Source: Candidatus Obscuribacteraceae bacterium (GTDB lineage: Bacteria; Cyanobacteriota; Vampirovibrionia; Obscuribacterales; Obscuribacteraceae). Taken from it: a stretch of 64,000 bases of DNA. A model generated the notes under the pieces. It worked only from the letters and a program-made list of their open reading frames with translations, had not been told where the DNA came from and searched no databases. Where the stretch lies: assembly GCA_044229845.1 (NCBI GenBank), contig JBGASG010000004.1, positions 256,001 through 320,000 of the forward strand, read 5' to 3'. Below, in pieces: positions 56,181 through 64,000 of this stretch. A program made the position numbers and the translations under genes. Every line of letters begins with the position of its first letter. The stretch's first letter is position 1.

Positions 56181-57500
56181 CTACTTGCGAGTTGCAGCTT
56201 GGGCTAGCAATAGAGCCTTCAACAGTTGTGCATCTGCGCACTTCGCAGTACCAGGCTCATTGAGTTCGTCCGCCAGCCACCATGGACCCTTGCTTATCAG
56301 GTCCTTGTCCGACACTACAACCAGCTCGTCGGGCTTGATGCCTTTATTGAGGATGCTTTTGCCCTTCGGCGTCGTCCACTCAGCGATGCTGATGGTGATC
56401 GCCACCCCATCGCCCAGCCGGTTGATCGCATCGATTGTGGAACTGCCCTTGGACGGTTCGCCCACAACCTGAGCGTCGGCAGATTCCTGCAAAGCAGCGG
56501 CGATTATTTCTGCAGCGGCGGCAGTCTCGCGGTTGACCAAAACGAACACGCGCCCCTTGTAAACCGGCGGCTTCTTCTGCACCTGCACGGTCTTGTAACC
56601 GGCATTGTCCACCACAGACATGATGTACTTTCCTTGCTGCACGAAGAGCATGCTCAGTTCGATCGCGTTGGACAGCAGTCCGCCACCGTTATCACGGACA
56701 TCCAGAATGACACCAGGAGCGGTGGCAATTTTCTGAAACTCGTCTCTGAACACATTCATGAAATACGTGCTGTGCATATCGTCCAGTCTTATGTAGCCAA
56801 CGCCACCGGGCAGGGTGCGCACACACAGGAGATCCGCCTCGGGTGTCGCTCCTCGTTCAGCGGTAATTTTCTTGCTTGCGCCCTTGCGCAGGACAGTGAC
56901 AGTGGTTTTTGTGTGTTCCGGACCGCGCAGCATATCGGCGGTTTCGTCCAACGACTTACCAACAACGGACTTGCCGTCGACTGCCACCAGCACATCGAAA
57001 GGTCGCACACCTACTTTCTGCGCCGGGCTGCCCGGAGTCACTTCAACAATTACGGTCGGATCTTTGTCTAACTTCTTGCGCAGCTTCAGCCCGATTCCAA
57101 AAAGATTGGGATCGCTTTTCTTGGCTGAACCGGATTCAATCAGCTTGGTGTGCTGGTTATTGAGGCTGTCCAGCATGGCTTTGATGGCGCCGCGAGCATC
57201 CTCTGTCGACTTCAACTTGCCGTCGTACTTATGTTTCCACTGCTCCCAGTCCTGCTTATTAAAGGTGCGATCGAAGTAGGTTTCGTTGATCAAGTTCCAG
57301 GCTTTTAGATAAATAGCCTGCGCATCTTGATGGACGCCGGTTTGTGCGGGGCGTGTCGTGCCGTCTTGTCTCTCGGCCCTGCCCGGCACATCCGGACGTC
57401 CGCTTTGCGACGTTGCCGGCAAAACACTGACGATCAGCGACCACGCGAGCAATCCGGAGAGCAAGGGCCGTTGCACGTTTCTCACTGGCACATTTCTCAT
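56181..57500 (-). CDS. CtpA/S41A-like PDZ protease homologue, catalytic dyad substituted
   Basis: GIGL PDZ, VGYIRL, LDVRDNGGGLL, LVNRETAAAAE, VGEPSKGS, I.I..W.TP.G.SI..KGIKPD. Start placed at ATG 57500 (signal peptide); the longer ORF overlaps the divergent kinase. Confidence 0.88.
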   Translation of the reverse strand: MRNVPVRNVQRPLLSGLLAWSLIVSVLPATSQSGRPDVPGRAERQDGTTRPAQTGVHQDAQAIYLKAWNLINETYFDRTFNKQDWEQWKHKYDGKLKSTEDARGAIKAMLDSLNNQHTKLIESGSAKKSDPNLFGIGLKLRKKLDKDPTVIVEVTPGSPAQKVGVRPFDVLVAVDGKSVVGKSLDETADMLRGPEHTKTTVTVLRKGASKKITAERGATPEADLLCVRTLPGGVGYIRLDDMHSTYFMNVFRDEFQKIATAPGVILDVRDNGGGLLSNAIELSMLFVQQGKYIMSVVDNAGYKTVQVQKKPPVYKGRVFVLVNRETAAAAEIIAAALQESADAQVVGEPSKGSSTIDAINRLGDGVAITISIAEWTTPKGKSILNKGIKPDELVVVSDKDLISKGPWWLADELNEPGTAKCADAQLLKALLLAQAATRK

Positions 57501-57645
57501 TGAGTAAAACCTCGATAGTTTAACACCAGCGCCGGGTTGAGCGACTTTGTGGCAGTCTTCATCACCTTGAGTATGAGAATTAAGCCTTGGGGCGTCGGCT
57601 ATTCGTGGCCTGTGGGAACTTAGTAAATAGATCTCGGTGAGGCGA

Positions 57646-59367
57646 ATGAGCGACCACGAATCAGGGTCGGTAGTAGACGGCAGGTTCGAAATCGTGTCCC
57701 AGCTTGGCGAAGGCGGCATGGGCACGGTGTATCGCGCCATCCACCGGGAAATGGACCGGCAAGTCGCGCTGAAGGTCCTGAAAGCATCCCTGTTGTCGGC
57801 CCCGCAGCAGCAAATGCGCTTCCGCAATGAGGCGCAAGTGATCAGCACGCTCGACCATCCGAACATCGTTTCCATTTATTCCGTCGGCATAGCCGAGACC
57901 GGTGCGCCCTACATCGCAATGGAACTTCTCGAAGGCAAGCCTCTTTCCGACATCGTCAAAGAAGCGCGGTTTCTTTCCTACAAAGATGCCGTGCCGCTCT
58001 TCATCCAGGCATGTCACGGGCTGGAACACGCCCACGAACAGGGAATTATTCACCGCGACATCAAACCCAGCAATCTGGTCGTCATGCAACATGGCGACCA
58101 GCAGCCAAAGGTGAAGGTCGTCGACTTCGGCATCGCCAAAGCTCTAGAAGGCGATAGCATCACGCAGACTTCAGTCGTAATCGGCAGCGCTTTCTACCTG
58201 AGCCCCGGACAGTGCGAAGGACGGCAGGGCGATGCGCAATCGGACATCTACGCGCTCGGTTGCAGTATGTTCGAAGCTCTGACAGGCAGACCGCCGTTTG
58301 TGGGCGACTTCTATTTCGAAACCATGCAGAAACATCGCAGCGCGCCGCCGCCGAAAGTGAAGGAAACTAATCCTGATGCCGATCTGCCGGAATCTCTGGA
58401 ATCGATCATTGCCTGCTGCTTGAGCAAAAATGTTGAAGACAGATATAAATCGGTAAGCCAGGTGCGCGCTGACCTCCATAACATCTTGAACGGCAAGCCG
58501 CCGCAGCACATTCCGAAAACACCGGATAGCCAGCAGACGGCATCGACTTCAGCGAAGAAGTTTGCCGGCTCGCGCCGGCTGCTGATCACCATATGTAGTG
58601 TCATAGCCGTGACGGCGGCTCTCACCATCTTCATCGAGCGACAGTCGCATCAGCTGTCGGCGGTCCCCATCGCCGACATTGATCTGGTTGGAGAGAGAGA
58701 CCGCATCCGGCAAAAGAATGCTGCTCTCTGGCCAGTGGTCGAGCAGGGACAAATCACCCCTGAAGTGCTGCACGTACTGCTCGCTAACTGTCAGGCCGCG
58801 CACAGAATATCGTATTGCCAGGAAGAGCGGACCGCAACCATTCTGATTGGAATCGCCAGCACCAAGCTATTAGCCGCGTCGAGTTCTGATGCAGATGCAA
58901 CCAGAGCAATTCTCAAGGAAAGCGAAGAGGCTCTGCGTATGACCGTGTCCGACTATCAAAAAGCCATCCGGCTTCGCAAACTCCCTGATACACATGTCGC
59001 TCACGAGCAACTTGCTTCGCTGGCAGCAGCACTGGCCGCCTGTTATGCAAACCAAACGCGCTATGCAGAAGCCAAGGCAGCTCAGGAGATTGCTCTCGAT
59101 GCGCTCCGCAAAGCCGGCAACGACAAGCCGGGCGACCGGGAGCTGCCGGATTACATTCACAATCTCGGACAACATGTCCTCTACAGCCTCCTCGTTGATG
59201 GAGAGAAAACCTCCTTGCAGAACGTGCAGGCATTGGTGAACTACGGAAAAGCAGATCCTGTCCTGCAAAGTAATGTCACCATCGAGTTGAATAAAATCGA
59301 GGGGTTAGCTCGGCAATTCCACTACGTCAAATTCGCAGACGCGGTTGAACGCCTTTCCGCCAGGTAG
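57646..59367 (+). CDS. Hanks-type Ser/Thr kinase with TM and a helical C-terminal domain
   Basis: LGEGGMG.VY, VALK, HRDIKPSN, DFG, YLSPGQ and SDIYALG motifs. Confidence 0.94.
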   Translation: MSDHESGSVVDGRFEIVSQLGEGGMGTVYRAIHREMDRQVALKVLKASLLSAPQQQMRFRNEAQVISTLDHPNIVSIYSVGIAETGAPYIAMELLEGKPLSDIVKEARFLSYKDAVPLFIQACHGLEHAHEQGIIHRDIKPSNLVVMQHGDQQPKVKVVDFGIAKALEGDSITQTSVVIGSAFYLSPGQCEGRQGDAQSDIYALGCSMFEALTGRPPFVGDFYFETMQKHRSAPPPKVKETNPDADLPESLESIIACCLSKNVEDRYKSVSQVRADLHNILNGKPPQHIPKTPDSQQTASTSAKKFAGSRRLLITICSVIAVTAALTIFIERQSHQLSAVPIADIDLVGERDRIRQKNAALWPVVEQGQITPEVLHVLLANCQAAHRISYCQEERTATILIGIASTKLLAASSSDADATRAILKESEEALRMTVSDYQKAIRLRKLPDTHVAHEQLASLAAALAACYANQTRYAEAKAAQEIALDALRKAGNDKPGDRELPDYIHNLGQHVLYSLLVDGEKTSLQNVQALVNYGKADPVLQSNVTIELNKIEGLARQFHYVKFADAVERLSAR

Positions 59368-59373
59368 GTCCAG

Positions 59374-61149
59374 ATGGGTGAAGATTTGACCGATCAACCA
59401 GGCGGACGGGCGATCGAACCTGTCGTCGACGGTCGTTTCGAAATCAAATCGCTTCTTGGTGAGGGCGGGATGGGTGTTGTATACGAAGCCTTGCACCGTG
59501 ACATGGAGCGTATGGTGGCATTGAAAGTACTGAAGTCGATGGCAGCTTCCCCAGAGCAACAAGCACGGTTCAAGCAAGAAGCGCAGGTAATCTGTAAGCT
59601 CAAACACCCCAATATCGTTTCCATTTATTCAGTTGGACTTTCGCAGAGCGGCGCACCATACATCGCGATGGAAATGTTGGATGGAAAGCCGTTGGCAGAA
59701 CTGATCAACGAGTGCGGACCGCTGCCTTGGCGGTCTGCGGTGCGATTGTTCGTGCAAGCCTGCAATGCCATCGAACACGCGCACAGCAAAGGCATCATCC
59801 ACCGAGACATCAAACCGAGCAATCTCGTGGTGATTGGCGATCCCGCGTCGGCGGACGCACAATTGAAGGTTGTCGACTTCGGCATCGCCAAGGTGCTGGG
59901 CAGCGACTCGATAACTCGCACCAACGTCATCGTCGGCAGCGCCTTCTATCTCAGCCCCGGACAATGCGAAGGACGCGCACCGGACGTGCATTCCGATATC
60001 TATGCCATGGGTTGCAGCCTGTTTGAAGTACTGGCGGGAAAGCCGCCCTTCGTCGCAGACTTCTATTTAGAAACTATGTCCAAACACCTTAGAGAAGAGC
60101 CGCCCAGAATCAAAGATGTAAATGCAAACGCCGATTTTCCCGACGATCTCGAGCAAGTGATCGCCTGTTGCTTGCGCAAAGACAGCGCGGGCAGATATGC
60201 GAACACGGCGGCGCTGCGAGAAGATCTTGAGCACGTGCTGTCCGGCACCGCTGTGCAGAACATTCCAATAGGCACCGGAAAAGAACTCCCGCGAGGGGCT
60301 TCTGTGCACCACGCTCAGCGAGTCTCGTGGCGAATTCCGGCAATTGTAATCGGCATCGCAGCTGCAATCGGACTTGGCGTTTGCGCGGTGTTCCAGAGCG
60401 TCAAAGATCGAGGTGACATGCCGGTTTCATCCGATGTCGTTCGTTCGCAAGCACTGGCGACGCTCGATCAGCAACAGCTTCAAATATACGCACTTTTGCA
60501 TGAGCAAGATCCTGAAGCATACCGGTCTGCCGCACGCGTACTGCTATCCGCAAGCAAAACGGCACAAAAACTTGGCGAGCTGGCGCAAGAGGCGGAAGTC
60601 ATGGAAACATCCGCATACGACTGGCGCCATCTGATTGACTTTGGCATGAGTACGAAGCACTCTCCTCCAGAGGCTCGCAATGAACCGCTGGCAAGAGAAT
60701 TGGAACTGAGCGTAATCGCCGCCCTGGAGCGGGTCGGAGAGAGCGCTGCGAACTCGCGCGCCTCATCTCACAAACGCCTGCACGAAAACTGCATGATGAC
60801 GGCAGGAAACATGGCTGTGGGCTACTACGAACTGAATGAAACTGAGCAAGCATCTCGACTTGCAGAACGAGCCTTGAAAGAACTGATGTATCTAGATGTG
60901 GTTCGAGATCGAGAAAATTGCCAGGACTATCAGCACATGATGCAGAATTTGATCTCCCCGGCCCTTGCTCACAATCAACCAGAGCTGGCAATCCGCCTCC
61001 TGAAAGAACGAGTGAAGTGGATGAAGCGCGCTCCCTGGGCGTCCGGCGACATGCTCGAGGTGCTGTCCCAATACGAAGCGCAGGCCAGGCAGCTGGGTCA
61101 CGTCAGAGCGGCAGCCGAGATAAGAGCCATAGCCCGCGAGATTAAATAG
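59374..61149 (+). CDS. Hanks-type Ser/Thr kinase, tandem paralog of the preceding gene
   Basis: Same motifs including YLSPGQ; divergent C-terminal domain. Confidence 0.94.
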   Translation: MGEDLTDQPGGRAIEPVVDGRFEIKSLLGEGGMGVVYEALHRDMERMVALKVLKSMAASPEQQARFKQEAQVICKLKHPNIVSIYSVGLSQSGAPYIAMEMLDGKPLAELINECGPLPWRSAVRLFVQACNAIEHAHSKGIIHRDIKPSNLVVIGDPASADAQLKVVDFGIAKVLGSDSITRTNVIVGSAFYLSPGQCEGRAPDVHSDIYAMGCSLFEVLAGKPPFVADFYLETMSKHLREEPPRIKDVNANADFPDDLEQVIACCLRKDSAGRYANTAALREDLEHVLSGTAVQNIPIGTGKELPRGASVHHAQRVSWRIPAIVIGIAAAIGLGVCAVFQSVKDRGDMPVSSDVVRSQALATLDQQQLQIYALLHEQDPEAYRSAARVLLSASKTAQKLGELAQEAEVMETSAYDWRHLIDFGMSTKHSPPEARNEPLARELELSVIAALERVGESAANSRASSHKRLHENCMMTAGNMAVGYYELNETEQASRLAERALKELMYLDVVRDRENCQDYQHMMQNLISPALAHNQPELAIRLLKERVKWMKRAPWASGDMLEVLSQYEAQARQLGHVRAAAEIRAIAREIK

Positions 61150-61248
61150 TCGAAAACTAAAAATGCTACCTTTGGCAGACGACCGACGACGAATTGTCCT
61201 AGTCCTGGGGTTTTTACTAGACCATTCTCGCGCCGCAATCCGCAAGCA

Positions 61249-63282
61249 ATGCCCTTTCCTGAATTTGAACCAACACCTCCCGCCGTCCCGGAGGCTAGTT
61301 TCGATGCTAGCCAGGTTTCGGGCGTCGAATCCACTTCAGGCTTGACCGGCGCTGAAACGCAGCTCAATGCGCCCCAGGACGTCTCCTCGGCCAGCCAATT
61401 TTTCCAGCCCGGCAGCGGCACGGCCCTGCCCGAACTGCATATTTCTGACGGTGGTGCCAGCGCTTCCTTAGGCTCCGGCGCCGAACAAATGATGATGCAC
61501 CCGACCGAAGCGATGCTCGGCTCGGGTGTCGGTCCTTCCGGTGCCGAACTGGCGGTCTCGGCACCCACCGTGCCCGGCGCCGAATCGGCCGCCCTGACCT
61601 TCGCGCCAGGTAGTGAATCAGCCGCGATGTTGGGCAGTATGGCTCCCGTACCCCCAGGTGGCGAGCCGATTTCCCCCCTCATCCAGCTGATCATGAAGAT
61701 GCCCGGCATGATGGGCGTCATCAATAACCTCTTCGAGTTCTTGGGTGCTTTGTTTGGCGGCGGAAACTTAATAGCGCTATTCGATCCTATTCTGTGGATG
61801 CAGCATGCCTCTTCGGCGATCGCCACGTTTACGATCTCCTTCGTGGAAAACCTGCCGCAGGCGTTGATGAACAACATGTTCTCGGCGAACAACAACTTCT
61901 TCTTCAACACGATGGCGGATCATCTGCAGAAGTTCGCCGTCTCATCGACATCTACACAAATCGCGCCGATCGCGTCCGAGCCTCTTGCCGGCGGCGGTGG
62001 TCTCAATTTGAACATCAGCGGACCGGCCGATCTGAATAAGCCGATGTTCGAAAATTCCGACTTGATCGCCCAGGGTCCGTCCGGTCCAAACATGTATGGT
62101 GACTGGGGTCCGCAAAGCTTCTATGCCTCCAACTCCGGACAGCAGTTGATGGGCAACTACTCGCAAACGCCTGCTTTGCCAAACACCACCACTCCGTCCA
62201 CACCGCAATTCAATCAAGGAACTCCAGCTCCGGCACACGCGCCAAACGCGCACGCCTCGACCGGGCATGCACCATCCGCGCAAGGCGGCATGCACCATCC
62301 GCGGTACCACGCTCCGGCGCCCAGCGAGACCAGCGCCGTTCAGAACGGCAACCCAGACGGCAGCCAGTTCGGCAACGCCGACGGCAGCCAGATTGCTTCC
62401 AGCGATGCTCCGGCGCAGCCGAGCGAACCTTATCAAGTACAGCAAGGCGACAACCTCTGGGATATTGCTCAAAATCAATTGGGCGACGGCACGCGCTGGC
62501 ACGAGATTTATCAGCTCAATCAAGCCACCATAGGTGGTGACCCCAATTTGATTCATGTCGGCACGCAATTGCAAATGCCTGATGCCACCAACCTGACCGC
62601 CGACGGCGGCCACTACATGGTGCAGCCCGGCGACAACCTGTGGGACATCTCCCGCCATCAACTGGGTGACGGCAGCCGCTGGACGGAGCTTTACCAACAA
62701 AATCAGTCGGTGATCGGCGACAACCCCAATCTGATTCACCCCGGACAGCAGCTGGAAATCCACGGGGGCGGCGATATGTCCGCCGTAGCCTCCAATCCGC
62801 CTTCCGTACAAGCGCCCGTACACACGCCGGTGCACACACCGATTCATGCCCCGCTGCACACAGCCGCTGCGCAGCCTATCACTCATCACGTCACCACGGT
62901 CGGTCACGGACCGCAACTGGCGCAGGCAACTCCGAACACTCACGCCATCACAACTCACGCCACCGCCACCGTACCGGCCGCGCACGCGCCGGTCACTCAC
63001 GCACCGGTCACTCAGGCACCGGTGGCTCACTCGCCGGTCAACCAGGCTTCGCCGCTCGGACAGTTGCAAGCGCAGCAACCGATGTTCGACCTCGGTCGCC
63101 AGGCGCCTGTCGATGCGGTGCCGCCACAAGCTTCGACCACCGTGCCCACTTCCTTCGCCCGCGGTGTCGGCGGCATGGGAGACGGCGGCGTCTCGACAGC
63201 CGGCTCACCCGGCGCGGGCATGGATGCCACCGGCGGCGCCGGCAGCAACATCGACCCATCCTACTTCAACAAGCAACCCTAG
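61249..63282 (+). CDS. Protein with two LysM domains and low-complexity Pro/His/Thr-rich regions
   Basis: [25 protein letters not shown]...IG.DPNLIH.G..L, present twice. Confidence 0.9.
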   Translation: MPFPEFEPTPPAVPEASFDASQVSGVESTSGLTGAETQLNAPQDVSSASQFFQPGSGTALPELHISDGGASASLGSGAEQMMMHPTEAMLGSGVGPSGAELAVSAPTVPGAESAALTFAPGSESAAMLGSMAPVPPGGEPISPLIQLIMKMPGMMGVINNLFEFLGALFGGGNLIALFDPILWMQHASSAIATFTISFVENLPQALMNNMFSANNNFFFNTMADHLQKFAVSSTSTQIAPIASEPLAGGGGLNLNISGPADLNKPMFENSDLIAQGPSGPNMYGDWGPQSFYASNSGQQLMGNYSQTPALPNTTTPSTPQFNQGTPAPAHAPNAHASTGHAPSAQGGMHHPRYHAPAPSETSAVQNGNPDGSQFGNADGSQIASSDAPAQPSEPYQVQQGDNLWDIAQNQLGDGTRWHEIYQLNQATIGGDPNLIHVGTQLQMPDATNLTADGGHYMVQPGDNLWDISRHQLGDGSRWTELYQQNQSVIGDNPNLIHPGQQLEIHGGGDMSAVASNPPSVQAPVHTPVHTPIHAPLHTAAAQPITHHVTTVGHGPQLAQATPNTHAITTHATATVPAAHAPVTHAPVTQAPVAHSPVNQASPLGQLQAQQPMFDLGRQAPVDAVPPQASTTVPTSFARGVGGMGDGGVSTAGSPGAGMDATGGAGSNIDPSYFNKQP

Positions 63283-63355
63283 CTGAGCTGACTGGCCGGA
63301 TTGGCAAATTTCTCGCATTGGAAATTGCCAATCTGGCCAGTCATCTCAGCTAGGG
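63277..63355. repeat. Long inverted repeat (about 35-bp arms, 8-nt loop) between convergent genes
   Basis: CCCTAGCTGAGCTGACTGGCCGGATTGGCAAATTTC ... GAAATTGCCAATCTGGCCAGTCATCTCAGCTAGGG; two mismatches and one bulge. Confidence 0.85.
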
Positions 63356-63463
63356 CTGGTGCAGATCAAAAAACGCCACTACAAAAACAACAACGCGCCG
63401 CACTAGGCGACGCGGGGCTGCTCAGACTTGCCACTGGTAGAGGAGAGCCGTCTGATGTTTAGA

Positions 63464-64000
63464 CTAGACGACGAAGTCCGGTGTTTCAGCAACTTTATCG
63501 TTGTGAATGACTTCGATGCGATACTGTCCGGGCCCGACATGCACGTTCGGTGCAACAATCGCGCCATCTTCATTGGTCTTGCGCGAGAACACCACACCGC
63601 GATTGACTTCGCGAATGCGCAGTTCGACATCGCACAGAGCTTCGTCTTGAGTATCTTTTGCTTGCAGCAAGATTCTCAGGTGCTCTTTATCCACCAGCCA
63701 GCCAAGGTTGATTTGCACGTTCGCATCTTCAAGCTGTTGCTGGAATGTGCCGAGCGATACCATCTGCGTACCGACACCGCGCATGGCACCGGCGGGAACC
63801 ATTTGCTGCCACGCCATACCAGCAAGCATGTCTTGCCAGGTATTGATGGCGGCTTCGCGCGATTGACCGATGAGGTCCTTGAGCTTGATGACGCCTTTCT
63901 CGACGACGTCGACCACGCTCTTCTCTTCACCAATCAGCTTGGCGGTCACTCGTTTGAGAATGCTCTCGTCATTCGACGTTAGCGGCAGATGCTCCGACGC
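63464..64000 (-). CDS. Hypothetical protein, 3' part; C-terminal beta-sandwich (prealbumin-like); 5' end outside the window
   Basis: Frame is open to 64000 (ASEHLPLTSNDESILKRVTAK...); C-terminal TNEDG......V.PGQYRIEV. Confidence 0.7.
   Translation of the reverse strand, partial: ASEHLPLTSNDESILKRVTAKLIGEEKSVVDVVEKGVIKLKDLIGQSREAAINTWQDMLAGMAWQQMVPAGAMRGVGTQMVSLGTFQQQLEDANVQINLGWLVDKEHLRILLQAKDTQDEALCDVELRIREVNRGVVFSRKTNEDGAIVAPNVHVGPGQYRIEVIHNDKVAETPDFVV

Noticed and set aside
57501..57875. N-terminal extension of the CtpA-like ORF
   Set aside because: It overlaps the divergent kinase; the signal peptide begins after ATG 57500.
1..64000. tRNA, rRNA, integrase, transposase or prophage genes
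   Set aside because: None recognised by eye; a tRNAscan/Rfam run would be needed to exclude small RNAs.

Overview
A gene-dense bacterial chromosomal window of moderately high GC. Several features suggest Vampirovibrionia/Melainabacteria (Obscuribacterales-like): expanded kinase-TM-TPR proteins, a cyanobacterial-type CtpA and large GT-C proteins. That assignment is inference only. The window contains: a thiocyanate dehydrogenase (TcDH)-like gene with an ABC transporter; an NCS2 permease; many cell-surface glycosylation genes (GT2, GT4, epimerase, four GT-C proteins, a phosphoglycosyl transferase, rfbABD and rfbC); a Cys-rich small-protein pair; four Ser/Thr kinases; glpD; a DUF4143 ATPase; a PEP-utilising enzyme coupled to an alpha/beta hydrolase; a family III CoA transferase; toxin-antitoxin genes; an ACT-domain malic enzyme; and a LysM protein. 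Five things stand out. (1) An apparently stand-alone TnpB-type omega/reRNA with its own sigma70-like promoter and no tnpB, lying antisense between rfbD and rfbC. (2) Two genes sharing an unrecognised N-terminal domain but carrying different enzymatic C-termini (JAB-like and His/Cys peptidase-like), which looks like a polymorphic effector family. (3) A TcDH homologue with one copper-ligand His replaced by Gln. (4) Several apparent pseudo-enzymes. (5) A phased array of four 18-bp palindromes upstream of glpD. All family assignments come from motif recognition by eye; no searches were run.
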